Source of the DNA: Squalus acanthias
Lineage: Eukaryota
DNA length: 64,000 nucleotides
Assembly: GCA_030390025.1 (NCBI GenBank)
Contig: CM059433.1
Span: forward strand, 11,224,001-11,288,000
Direction: 5' to 3'
Every line of letters begins with the position of its first letter. Within the stretch, counting starts at the first letter, position 1. Positions 11,607 through 23,148 of the stretch are shown piece by piece. Made by a program: the position numbers and the translations under genes. Under the pieces are notes generated by a model that had not been told where the DNA came from, did not search any database, and saw nothing but the letters and a program-made list of their open reading frames with translations.

Positions 11607-12165
11607 ACAACAACAACTTGCATTTATAAAGAAAAAAGACTTGCATTTTTATATAGCGCCTTTCACGACCACCGGATGTCTCAAAGAGCTTTACAGCCAA
11701 TGAAGTACTTTTGAAATGTAGCCACTGTTGTATTGTGGGAAATGCGGCAGCCAATTTGCACACAGCAAGCTCCCACAAACAGCAACGTGATAATGACCAG
11801 ATAATCTGTTTTTGTTATGTAGATTGAGGGATAATTATCAGCCAGGACACTGGGGATAACTCCCCTGCTCTTCTTCGAAATAGTGCCGTGGGATCTTTTA
11901 CGTCCATCTGAGAGAGTTTAACGTCTCATCTGAAAGACGGCACCTCTGACAGTGCAGGCACTCCCTCAGCACTGCACTGGGAGTGTCAGCCTAGCTTTAA
12001 GTGCTCAAGTCCCTGGAGTGGGGACTGTGAACCACACAACCTGCTGACTCAGAAGCGAGTGTGCTACCAACTGAGCCACAGCTGACACTCTATATAACAC
12101 CTTTAATATAGTAAAACGTCCCAAGGCGCTTCACAGGAGTATTATAAGACAAAAAATTTGACAAT
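11607..12165 (-). mobile_element. Short L2 3' tail containing a full-length SacSINE1-like SINE (about 11628-12089)
   Basis: L2 tail with (GTT)n end, flanked by 15-bp TSD TTACCAGAGCATTCA at 11592-11606 and 12166-12180. The complete SINE lies inside it. Confidence 0.88.
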
Positions 12166-12721
12166 TTACCAGAGCATTCACACGAAATTAATTCTGTATT
12201 TCTTTGTGAACATGAATGGAAAGCCTACGTGCTTGATTTGTAGGCAACAGGGAGCTGTGTGAATGAATATGACATTTAAAGACACTCCAAAGCAAACCAT
12301 CTAAGTACACAGGAAAGTTACGTGAAGATAAATTTTCCACATTAGCACAGTCGTTGAAAAAGCAGCAATCAGTGTTCACTGATGCTCGCCACATAGTGAT
12401 GCCACCATTCCGATGAGCTCTGTCATTGTCCATGAAATTGCTGTGTCATCCACACCATTTCCTAAGGAGACTTTTTGAAGAACTGCATGCTAAAAGCTGC
12501 AGAATAGTGGGGGTAATCGTGTCTTTGGGCAATAGTGTAAAACGGGCGATATCAGATCAGCCACCCGTTAAACATCTCTCCCGATTTTCATTCCCATTGT
12601 CTTTTCTTTTACTTTTGTTCAATTTGCCATGAATCCGTGTCTTTGTCTTCAGGACCAGAGCAGTAAAAAAAAAAACCATCATGATCTCAGGTGGAAGTGG
12701 AGGAGGTCTGTTCCCCAACAT

Positions 12722-12822
12722 AAGAAATAACAACAGAAATGCTGGAAATACTCAACAGCTCAGGCAGCATCTGAGGAGAGAGAAACAGAGTTAACGTTTC
12801 AGGTCTGTGACCCTTCGTCAGA
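12722..12822 (-). mobile_element. Penelope-like terminal fragment with hammerhead-like core
   Basis: Reverse strand reads TTCTGACGAAGGGTCACAGACCTGAAACGTTAACTCTG..., the same repeat as 1751-1850. Confidence 0.8.
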
Positions 12823-13599
12823 AATCAGGTTTGGTCAAAAAAGGCTTCAAAACAGAAGGTGTGGAAAACATCTTTGTGGGGAAGGTGGACTTGAATGAGC
12901 CATTAGATGGCAGGTGGGGATTTCTTATACTCATGAAACATTTACAGGGTTATAACAGGTGGGAGGTATTCATCTATCACATTCCAAAGATGGGGTCCTT
13001 CCTGTCCCTCACAGCAGGTAGCTGGAGTTTTCCACCAAATTTAGCATGGGGGGGGGGGGGGGGGGGGCGGGGGAGGAATTGACTTTGCAGTAATTTGACC
13101 AGAATCCTAATCTTGACCCTAAACTCAATTTCCTGTCCGATTTCAACCATATGCAGGATTAGTTGGCAAAGGGACTATTCCATCCCAAATAGTTCAAGTG
13201 AAACCGTTACTATACAGTATGAGTAGAAGGTGTCATGGTCAGCGGTGAGGTGCTCTAAATCCTTCCAGGCTTGCGGCTGGCCATAGCTCATTTGTGACCT
13301 TGTCATTCATCAATTTTCTGATCATATCTTACCACAAGATATCCTTCAATCAACCTGAACACTGGACTTCTATTTAATTGCTTGACCTGCCCGACACTGC
13401 AACACTTGAATGGTTAAACTGTATAATTTGTATGGTTTGTTCGTGTATCGTATATTTATTTTTGTTCATCTGCTGGATGTCTTATAATCTCTTCTATCAA
13501 GCCAAGTTATTTTTGGCTTGGAAGAAAAACAAGTGTGGTCAACTCTGTGGAAGACACATCCTTAGCTTCTTGGCAAAAGTTGACTCTTTGCAAAGTCTC

Positions 13600-14040
13600 A
13601 TAGCTGCTTCACTGTGTTTCTCTGTTGCTCTTTTACTCTTCTCCACACCACAGAATATCTTTGATAGATACAGAACTATGAATGATAGGAGGCTAGTGCA
13701 ATGGCAGTCAGACATCACCAAAGATCTGATACCTCTACACTACACTATCAAGAAAAGAGACAATTCCCCCTCTGGCAGAATGAGCGGTCTTTCACTATAG
13801 GCAGAATAAATGGATGGATCTCCTCATACTCAGCTGCCAGGAAAAATGGTCAGATTTTCCACTACGTGACCACCAGATATGTAATATCCACAATCACTCC
13901 CACATCTAAACAGTCAAACAATCACACTAGACCACCAAGCCAGGAAAACAACATTCTTTGCTGTTCTGGCTCTAACCAGAGATAACAGCCACTCACTACA
14001 GCAGGAAACAAAGACACCACATTTTCTCCATCTGAAGTCT
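13600..14040 (+). mobile_element. Possible ancient L1/Tx1-type ORF2 remnant
   Basis: Weak motifs PLWQN and IFHYVTTRYVI resemble the post-RT region of fish L1; judged by eye only. Confidence 0.3.
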
Positions 14041-14146
14041 TTCAGAAACACCCCTGAAGTTGTCTAATTCAGGCTTCACGTCTGGAATTCAGGTCATCGT
14101 GTTAGTCATTAGTGGATGCAAGATTTGGGCTAATTATAGAGCAGTT

Positions 14147-14951
14147 ACATAGAAGTATTTTTAATACATAGAATTTACAGCACAGAAACAGGCCATTCGG
14201 CCCAACTGGTGTATGCCGGTGTTTATGCTCCATGATCATGGCATCCCATGATTCCATGGCACTATTCAAAGAGCAGGGGAGTTATCCCCGGTGTCCTGAC
14301 CAATATTTATCCCTCAACCAACATCACTAAAAATAGATTAGCTGGTCATTATCACATTGCTGTTTGTGGGAGCTTGCTGTGCGCAAATTGGCTGCCACGT
14401 TTCCTACATTACAACAGTGACCACACCTCAAAAAGTATTTTGTTGGCTGTAAAGCACTTTGGGACGTCCGGTGGTCATGAAAGGCGCTATATAAATGCAA
14501 GTTTTTCTTTCTTTCTCCACATGAGCCTCGTCTCACCCTATCAGCATATCCTTCTATTCCTTTCTCCCTCACGTACTTATCTAGCTTCCCCTTAAATGTA
14601 TTTATGCTATTCGTCTCAACTACTCCCTGTGGTAGCAAGATCCACATTCTAATCACTCTCTGGTTTATATAGAAGCCAACTATCCATTACATTAAATATG
14701 GGAGGTATGGTCCATGATATGGTAAAGAAACAAAGAAAGCACTTGAATTGATATAGCGCCTTTTACAACCTCAGGATGTCCCAAAGCACTCCACAGCCAA
14801 TGAAGCACCCCTGAAGTGTAGTCACTGTTGTAATGTAGAAAACGCAGCAGCCAATTCGTGCACAGCAAGATCCCACAAACAGCAAAGAAACAAATGACCA
14901 GATAATCTGTTTTAGGCTGTTGGTTGAGGGATAAATATTGGCCAGGACACC
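14147..14951. mobile_element. Cluster: CR1 3' end (-; 14147-14232 and 14515-14662) split by a SINE fragment (+; about 14240-14515), plus a SINE fragment (-; about 14724-14951)
   Basis: Similar to the other CR1 tails and SacSINE1-like copies in the window. Confidence 0.8.
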
Positions 14952-15058
14952 TGTGCACAGTCTGTGGAAGGAGTAGGATTGATAGGCTAAATGGTTGTGT
15001 CATGTTCTATATTTTCTTAATTTCTTAACTAAGCATCTTTTTATTCCTTTTGTTTCAG

Positions 15059-16160
15059 AGTTCTTTAATTTTAAGGGCTTCGGCAGTCTAACAAACATCC
15101 TGCAAAATCTGTCATTGCGGCGATCTTCAAGTAGTTCAACTGATGACAAGAAGAAATGATTGGGAGAGAATCATCTGGACCTCCAGATTCCCAAGGAGCT
15201 AGCACAGGAAACAGTAGATGATTTAGAAACTATACCACGGAGTCCTAGCTATGCCCGTTCAAATAAAAAGTGCACCTACACAGGCACAATGGCACGCCAG
15301 AACTTTAACAGGGCACAGCAACCAATCAAAACTCCCAATACTTCCGATGGACAGACTGGAGGGAGGAGTGGTTTGGGGCCTCTGCAATCATTGCCAAACA
15401 GCAACCAAATTGAACCACCAGCTAAAGGTGCCACAGCCGGACAAGCAGCTTAGGGATGTCCGCGTTCCAGTTGTTTGAAACCAATGTGCTCCCACTCTAA
15501 GCCATCAATGCCAAACTCCACCAATTCCTCAACCAAATCAGCTGCATTTCAAAATAAGAGTGATCAGACCAAACCAGTTGAACCACAAATCAAGGATATC
15601 CAGGGCACACCAAACGAGCCAGAAAATGGAGCTGGTCAGACCAAAGCACTTTCTGCTAAAGATGGGGCTGGACAGCTTAATCCAACACAATCAGAAATCA
15701 TTGCTGGCAAGAGTGAGCTGATAGGTGACATAGGCACAATGGCACGCCAGAACTTCAACAGGACACAGCAACCAATCAAAACTCCCAATACTTCCGATGG
15801 ACAGACTGGAGGGAGGAGCAGTAGATAAGGGAGTCAAGGGTTATGGGGAGCGGGCAGGGAAGTGGAGTTGAGAACAAGATCAGATCAGCCATGATCTTAT
15901 TGAATGGCGGAGCAGGCTCGAGGGGCCAAATGACCTCCTCCTGCTCCTACGTCTTATGTCCTTATGTTCCTATGTCTTATGTAGGTGACAGGTATGATCA
16001 CCTAAATTCATTAGTTCTCTGAATACTAGGATACCTGTGCTCCAGGCTCTGCTGAAATCCAACATGGAGTCCTTCCCAAGCAGCAAGTCCTTAATCTGGG
16101 CTGTTGTGGGACCCAAGAAGGGGAAGGGACATACCAAAGTATCTCGACATCCAGACAGGA
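15059..16160 (+). pseudogene. SH2D3C: Disabled large exon homologous to exon 2 of the long SH2D3C (SHEP1/Chat-H/NSP3) isoform
   Basis: Strong acceptor (CTTAAC branch-like site, pyrimidine tract, TTTCAG at 15053-15058). Then (K)FFNFKGFGSLTNILQNLSLRRSS...DDLETIPRSPSYARS...GTMAR, versus recalled human KFFKFKGFGSLSNLPRSFTLRRSS...DDMVTVPKSPPAYARSSDMYSHMGTMPR. In-frame stops at 15157-15159 and 15451-15453; insertion at 15731-15981. Candidate donors GTATGA 15992 or GTAAGT 16161. Orthology versus paralogy is not resolved. Confidence 0.8.
15731..15981 (+). mobile_element. Chimeric insertion: about 89 bp copy of 15281-15368 joined to a CR1 3' end
   Basis: 9-bp TSD TAGGTGACA at 15722-15730 and 15982-15990. 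CR1 3'UTR and tail at about 15822-15981. Confidence 0.9.
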
Positions 16161-17696
16161 GTAAGTACCCATGGATATAAGGCACACCATCCAGCGCCCC
16201 TGGTGAATGAAGAAGTTTAATGCTGAAGCGAATTCTTAAGCAGAGGGGAAAAAAATTGCAAAAACTAATAAACACGCTATTGGGAGACCGAGTGCGGCAA
16301 TGCTGGCAGTAAACATTGATTTAGGCATCTGCACGTTTATGTGAAGGCCCTGACGTTGATCCTGCATAAGACAGCGTTTGATGGAAAGTGCATAAATGGG
16401 TCGAACTGCTGCGGCCATGTTTGAACTTAGTACAAATGTTGCTCTGTGAGCAGTCAAGGCCTCGCATCCTTAATATTTACGTTTGGAAGCAAGTGAGTCC
16501 TGATGGCATGTGGGCTTGAAATATACCGTTACTAGATACGTAAAGCTCAAGGAAATGCCAATAGCCTATCACTCTCTTGGGCCATACTTTACTGACTATA
16601 TACTGTAGTGCTAGACTGTAGTTACATAGAAACACGTAGGACTTGTCTGAAGCTGACTTCGATAATGATAGATATTTGGAAATACTTTAATTTTTCTGGA
16701 GAAAGTGGCATCAAAGAATGATTGACTCATAATTTCGATTCACAGAGTGTCTTTGAGATTAAAATACATCTCTATGGTGATGTAAAATTTATTCAAAAAT
16801 TCCCTTGTCCACCCCCCCCCCAAAAAAAAACATTCATCTTTCATATTCCTAAATTAAATTCATAAAAAGAGCTTGAATGTTTATGCAGAAGCTGAGATGG
16901 TCCTGCTGAGAGAAGATTTTTGACAGTTATTAAGTGAATTTGTTTCATGCTTGCGGCCCTGTTTAAAATTTTCATGCGGAATTGACAGTCTGCCACTGGT
17001 GCAGTGTCAACAAAGTCAAGGCAATTTTATACACTGCTCTATTTAAAGTAAAATTCAGCATAGCTATTTAAAGATAATCGCATGTAACTCAGCATTTAGA
17101 AAATATTGTGGCAGGCAGATTAAAACAGGAGCTGCTTTTGTTCTGTGCTGTTGATGTGCATATAAATAATGATGCATAATTTCTTTGAGGGCTGGAGGAG
17201 TTTTTTTTTTCTCTTGCAAAAGAAATACGGAGGCTTGGTATTTTTACTCTCGATGTTTTTCTTTCAGAATGCAGCGTATCAATTAATCTATTCTGAAAAT
17301 ATCAGTTGAAGCCAAAGCACATATTTGTAACCAATATTTGGTGGAACGCAGTGAAGTTAATGAAGAATTCCAACATCGGATTTTAAAAGGATGTATTCAT
17401 AATCTAAACGGCCTTGATAATTAAAGTGTTTATGTATGGGTATAATCTTCCGATGAGAAGGAATAAGACCACTTAACTGACACAGGGACGATTTGATTGT
17501 GAAAAGACCATTAAAGTTCAAGAATTCTAAAGTTTTGTATTACAAATTAAATAGAAGATGTCTTATCTGCTGCCATTATCAAAATGATCTTAGTCATTAA
17601 GTATTACAAATCATTTTGTTCTGTATAAAATAAGAATTAAGACCACATACAACACTTTAATAATCATGGACAATTATTAACACTTTTTAAAGTCTC

Positions 17697-18025
17697 TGGC
17701 CTCAATATTAAACTCCCCCCCCCCCCCCCCCGCCCCCTATGATGGGCGGGAGAGGGTCAGGGGTTAAAAATTTAAAAACGGGGAACGCGTCCCCAACCCG
17801 CCGTGTACAGGCCTGTTGCCATTGTTACGGCAGAGGATTTCATGTCGCGCGAGTGTCCCATCTTGGAGAGGCGGGGCACTTCATTATAATATTTAAATTA
17901 GGCTCCCACAGTGCAATTGGGAGCCTAATTTAAATTTAACAGTTGCCCAGGGGTTGGGAAACTCGGCAGTGAAAAGGAGGTGGGAGCTGCCATCTCCCCA
18001 AGCTAAGTGCCTTTTTCAGCACTCT
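17697..18025. mobile_element. MITE-like element with internal palindrome
   Basis: Hairpin ATTTAAATTAGGCTCCCA...TGGGAGCCTAATTTAAAT at about 17891-17935. Inverted arm resumes at about 18349, after a LINE fragment. Confidence 0.55.
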
Positions 18026-18337
18026 GTTTTTTTTATTCATTTATGGGATGTGGGTGTCGCTGGCAAGGCCAGCATTTATTGCCCATCCCTAATTGTCCTT
18101 GAGAAGGTGGTGGTGAGCCGCCTTCTTGAACCGCTGCAGTCCATGTGGTGAAGGTGCTCCCACAGTGCTGTTAGGGAGGGAGTTCCAGGATTTTGACCCA
18201 GCGACGATGAAGGATCGGTGACGTACTTCTAAGGCAGGATGATGTGTGACTTGGAGGGGAACTTGGAGATGGTGGTGTTCCCATGCACCTGCTGCCCTTG
18301 TCCTTCGAGGTGGTAGAGGTCGCGGGTTTGGGAGCCA
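18026..18337 (-). mobile_element. 3' fragment of a second CR1-group LINE family
   Basis: Encodes RRTRAAGAWEHHH..SKSWNSLPNSTVG..FKKAAHHHLLK; same family as 63030-63682. Confidence 0.85.
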
Positions 18338-18427
18338 TGAGGAGCAGGAGTGCTGAAACGAGCACTTAGCTTGAGGCGTGCCTTCTGCCTCCCCTCTGTT
18401 GTTTGCGGTCTGTCTTGCCCTCCTGCC

Positions 18428-18753
18428 ATAGAAACATAGAAACATAGAAACTAGGAGCAGGAGTAGGCCATTCGGCCCGTCGAGCCTGCTCCACCATTCA
18501 ATACGATCATGGCTGATCATCCAAATCCAGTACCCTGTCCCTGCTTTCTCACACAGAATCCCCATCGAGCCTGCACCGACACATATCCCACCCTATCCCC
18601 GTAACCCCACGTATTTAATTCCCCCTAACATATCCCATCCTATCCCCGTAACCCCACATATTTAATCCCCCCCTAACACTAAGGGTCAATTTATCATAGC
18701 CAAATCAACCTAACCCGAACATTTTTGGACTGTGGGAGGAAACCGGAGCACCC
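18428..18753 (-). mobile_element. V-domain SINE (HE1-like) 3' part with CR1-type tail
   Basis: Reverse strand reads GGGTGCTCCGGTTTCCTCCCACAGTCCAAAAATGTTCGGGTTAGGTTGATT (V-domain), then a CR1-like 3' end. Sister copy at 50685-50962. Confidence 0.78.
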
Positions 18754-19004
18754 GATCGCAGACCTCCCCACAAACACCGTTCTCTCACTCCCTACCCCCA
18801 CCCTCCAGATTGCCGGGCACTGTCCCCAAGGCAGGAAACAGAAGGAAAAAAATTGTGATGAGGTCCTGCCGTTAAATTCGGTAGGACCTCCGCATCCCCG
18901 GCCTTGCCAGTTTTTCCCTGCGCTACCTCGCTTCCCCGCACACTCCGCGCCTCCCCATATATATCGGGGTCTCTGCGTCAGAAGCCTTATTCCAGGACTT
19001 GAGG

Positions 19005-19607
19005 TCATAGAGTCATAGGGTCATAACGGCACAGAAGGAGGCCATTCGGCCCATCGAGTCCGTGCCGTCTCTCTGTAGAGCAATCCAGTCAGTCCCATTA
19101 CCCCGCTCTATCCCCGTAGCCCTGCAAGTTTATTTCCCTCAAGTGCCTATCCAGTCTCCCCTTGAAAACATTGAGTGTCTCCGCTTCCACCACTTCCGTC
19201 GGCAGCGAGTTCCAGGTCCTCACCACTCGCTGCGTAAAAAAGTTTTTCCTCACATCCCCCCTGCATCTCTTGCCCGAAACCTTAAATCTGTGTCCCCTAG
19301 TCCTTGTACCATCAACTAGCCTTTCCCCATCTAGCCTATCCAAACCCGTCATAATCTTGTATACCTCTATCAAATCACCCCTCAACCTCCTTTGCTCTAA
19401 TGAAAACAAATCCAGCTTCTCCAACCTGTCCTTGTAGCTAAGATCCCCCATCCCCGGAACCATTCTGGTAAATCTCCTCTGCACCCTCTCAAGGGCCTTC
19501 ACATCCTTCCTAAAGTGTGGTGACCAGAACTGGGCGCAATACTCCAGTTGTGGCCTAACCAGCACTTTATAAAGATTCAGCATAACTTCTCTACTTTTGT
19601 ACTCATA
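19005..19607 (-). mobile_element. CR1 LINE 3' fragment
   Basis: ORF 19098-19583 reads LYKVLVRPQLEYCAQFWSPH...RLRGDLIEVYKI. Confidence 0.92.
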
Positions 19608-19614
19608 ATCTAAA

Positions 19615-19950
19615 TTAAAACTTCAGTGCAGTACTGAGAGAGTGCTGCATTTTCAGTTACTGCCTTTCGGAAGAGACATAAAACTGAGGTCCCAACAGCC
19701 TGTCCAGGTAGGCGTAAAAGATCCCATCGCCCCATTCTGAGAAGAGTAGGGAATTCTCCTGGTATCCTGGCCAAAATCCATCCATCAACCAACACAACCA
19801 AAAAACAAATCAACTGCTCATTGAGCTCTCATTTGCTGTTGCAAATTGGCTGCTGTGTTTCTCTACATAACAACAGTGAATGCATTTCAAAAAATAATCC
19901 ACTGCCTTTGGCCCATCCTGAGTACATGAAAGATTCTAAAGAAATGCAAT
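19615..19950 (+). mobile_element. Old diverged SacSINE1-like SINE
   Basis: Degenerate Deu-like core (AAAAGATCCCAT, CCTGGCCAA). Confidence 0.7.
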
Positions 19951-21142
19951 TTTTCTTGCATTTTTGAATTTTTTTCATTAATTGGTTTTAAGTTCCTTGC
20001 CAGTGACCCCATACTTTAAACAGACTTTACAGTATGAGTAAATCTGGAACTGGAACCCTTCTCCCCTCCAATCTTTATGCACACACACACGTTTTTGTTG
20101 CACTTCCGGGAAAGTTACGGTGTGGGACCAGCTCCCAGGGAATTTGCGGCCTTTATTTTATTTTGCACTTTTCCTCATTAAACATTTCCTGATCTTTCGT
20201 TGTTTATCTTATTGGTTTGCTTTTTTATTTTCCCTCATTTCCCTTCCCTTTCCACCTTAAACATTGGAGATTCTTCAGTTCGGAAGGTTTTGTCTTTCAG
20301 TAATGTATCCCGTACATAACATACTGGAGTTCCCGTGGGCAGTGCCTTCATCGCTGAGTGGCCGGACCTGGTTCACACCTCACTGTTCACACCGGCCACG
20401 TATTAGTCATGACAGAGAAACAGCGCAGAGGGCAACCACTTCCTCACAGGAAAGGAGGGAAGCAAAATCGGAGGGAGGCACCTAAAGACGCACTTTTCAT
20501 CTTAGTGCCCATTTTATAATGTAACATTGGCAAAGCCCTGTGAACGGAACGCCTGTCATGGTATGTGGCACAGGGAGATCAAGCAATGGGATGGAGAGAA
20601 AAATAATTTCAGAAAGCACCCGTGACAAATTATAAAAATAACGCCAACTGGCATTTATGTGGCACCTTTAAAGTAGTAAAATGTCCCAAGGTGCTTCACA
20701 GGAGCGTAATCGGACAAAAAAGGACCATGCAGTGGCTGTCATCCCTATCATTGTCCAGAACTCCCCACTCTTCGAATAGTTCTGGTTCTTCACTTGCCAG
20801 ATAGATCTCAGTGCCTTCTGCCGCTGTACTGAAAGCAATGAGCAGCAGGAAGGGCCAGGAGCGGAGGTGGAGGCTGCTGTATGCTCAGATTGCTATTGAC
20901 AGTATTGATTTCTAACTGGTAGTAGCTTGAATTTACTGTCTGGATGTGAATCAGGCTCTCCAACTGCGGTAGAGATTTGCACAGGTATGCTCACATGCAC
21001 TGGACTTATTAAACTAGGCTTGACACCACACTGGAGTTGTACTCCTGGCTCCCCACTGTACTGAAGACTCTGGAGCTGCACTGTTACTTTTGCATCATGG
21101 CAAAGTGGAAATCACTTTGCAACCACACAAAAGTGGCAGTAC

Positions 21143-21558
21143 GGGGCTACGGTAGCATAGTGTTTATGTTACTGGATGAGTAATCGCAGAGGCCTGGACT
21201 AATGATCCAGGGACATAAGTTCGAAATCCCACCACGGCAGCTGGGGAATTTGAATTCAGTTAATTAAATAAATCTGGAATTAAATAAAACTAGTATTAGT
21301 AATGGTACCAGCTATTTTTAGTCAGTAATGGTGACCATGAAACTACCAGATTGTTGTAAAAACCCATCTGGTTCACTAATGTCCTTTAGGGAAGGAAATC
21401 TGCCGTCCTTACCTGGTCTGGCCTATATGTGACTCCAGACAACTGCCCTCTGCAGTTCAAGAAGGCGGCTCTCTACCACCTTCTCAAGGGCAATTAGGGA
21501 TGGGAAATAAATGCTGGCCTTGCCAGCGACGCCCACATCCCATAAATGAATTTAAAAA
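21143..21558 (+). mobile_element. tRNA-derived SINE whose tail matches the second CR1-group LINE family
   Basis: A/B-box-like head (GGTAGCATAGTG...GTTCGAAATCCC). Tail AAGGGCAATTAGGGATGGG...CCCACATCCC matches the LINE 3' end. Older copy at about 41360-41690 (-). Confidence 0.75.
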
Positions 21559-21822
21559 ACGGAGTGCTGAAAAGGCACTTAGCTTAGGGAGATGGCAGCT
21601 CCCACCTCCTTTTCACTGCCGAGTTTCCCAACCCCTGGGCAACTGTTAAATTTAAATTAGGCTCCCAATTGCACTGTGGGAGCCTAATTTAAATATTATA
21701 ATGAGGTGCCCCGCCTCTCCAAGATGTGTTTTTTGATGAGGTAACAGAGAGGGTTGATGAGGGTAATGCAGTTGACGTAGTGTACATGGATGTCCAAAAG
21801 GCGTTCGACAAAGTGCCACATA

Positions 21823-23148
21823 CAATCATAGAAATTTACAGCACAGAAGGAGGCCATTCGGCCCATCTTGTCCATGCCGGCAGACAAAGAGCTATCCACC
21901 CTAATCCCGCTTTCCAGCACTTGGTCCATAGCCTTGCAGGTTACGGCACTTCAAGTGCATATCTAAGTACTTTTTAAATGTGATGAGGGTCTCTGCCTCT
22001 ACCACCCTTTCAGGCAGTGAGTTCCAGACCCCACCACCCTCTGGGTGAAAAATTTCTCCTCAACTCCCCTCTCAACCTCCAACCAAATACTTTAAATCTG
22101 TGCCCCCTGGTTTTTGACCCTTCTGCTAAGGGAAATAGGTCCTTCCTATCCACTCTATCTAGGCCCCTCATAATTTTATACACCTTAATTAGGTCTCCCC
22201 TCAGCCTCCTCTGTTCCAGAGAAAACAACACCAGCCTATCCAATCTTTCCTCATAGCTAAAATTCCCCAGTCCAGGCAACATCCTCGTAAATCTCCTCTG
22301 CACCCCCTCTAGTGCAATCACATCCTTCCTCTGATGTGGTGAGCAGAACTGCATGCAGTATTCTAGCTGCGGCCTAACTAGTCTTTTATACAGTTCAAAC
22401 ATAACCTCCCTGCTGTTATATTCTATGCCTCGGCTAATAAAGGCAGGTATCCTGTATACCTTCTTAACCACCTTATCTATATACCCGCCCTGCTGTATGC
22501 CTCAGAGACATGGACCATGTACAGCAGGCACCTCAAAGCACTGGAGAGGTACCACCAACGCTGCCTCCGCAAGATCCTGCAAATCCATTGGCAGGATAGG
22601 CGCACCAACATCAGTGTTCTTGCTCAGGCCAACATCCCCAGCATCGAAGCTTTGACCACGCTCGATCAGCTCCGATGGACGGGTCACATTGTCTGCATGC
22701 CCGATACGAGACTCCCAAAACAAGCACTCTACTCGGAGCTCTGACACGGCAAGAGAGCCCCAGGTGGGCAGAGGAAACGCTTCAAGGACACCCTCAAAGC
22801 CTCCTTGAAAAAGTGCAACATCCCCACCGACACCTGGGAATCCCTGGCCCAAGACCGCACAAAGTGGAGGAGAAGCATCCGGGAAGGTGCCAAACACCTC
22901 GAGTCTCTTCGCCGGGAGCAAGCGGAAGCCAAGCGCAAGCAGCGCAAGCAGCGCACGTCAACCCAAGCACCCCGCCCACCTGCCCCTTCAACCATCGTCT
23001 GCCCCACCTGTGACAGAGACTGTAGGTCCCGCATTGGACTCATCAGTCACCTGAGAACTCATTTTTAATGTGGAAGCCAGTCAACCTCGGTTCCGAGGGA
23101 CTGCCTAAGAAGAAGATCTACCTGTCTGCTACCTTCAGGGATCTGTGC
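21823..23148 (-). mobile_element. CR1 LINE 3' part nested in the + strand CR1
   Basis: ORF 22010-22471 encodes the CR1 C-terminus. Short TSD CATA. Confidence 0.88.
22480..23114 (+). mobile_element. RTE-clade LINE 3' fragment
   Basis: YHQRCLRKILQIHWQDRRTN, QLRWTGHIVCMPDTRLPKQALYSEL, GGQRKRFKDTLKASLK, CPTCDRDCRSRIGLISHLRTH; (AAG)n tail; probable TSD ATCTA. Confidence 0.9.

Noticed and set aside
13200..13540. Candidate first coding exon for the SH2D3C-like gene (ATGAGTAGAAGG...gtgagg; MSYNL...KKNK)
   Set aside because: The donor phase does not fit the phase-1 acceptor at 15059, and there is no convincing similarity.
20409..20520. ATGACAGAG (MTE...) as the short-isoform start
   Set aside because: The downstream residues do not resemble the recalled SH2D3C short N-terminus, and no donor is evident.
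20760..21130. Possible Vingi/Ingi-like LINE remnant on -
   Set aside because: The similarity is too weak to call by eye.
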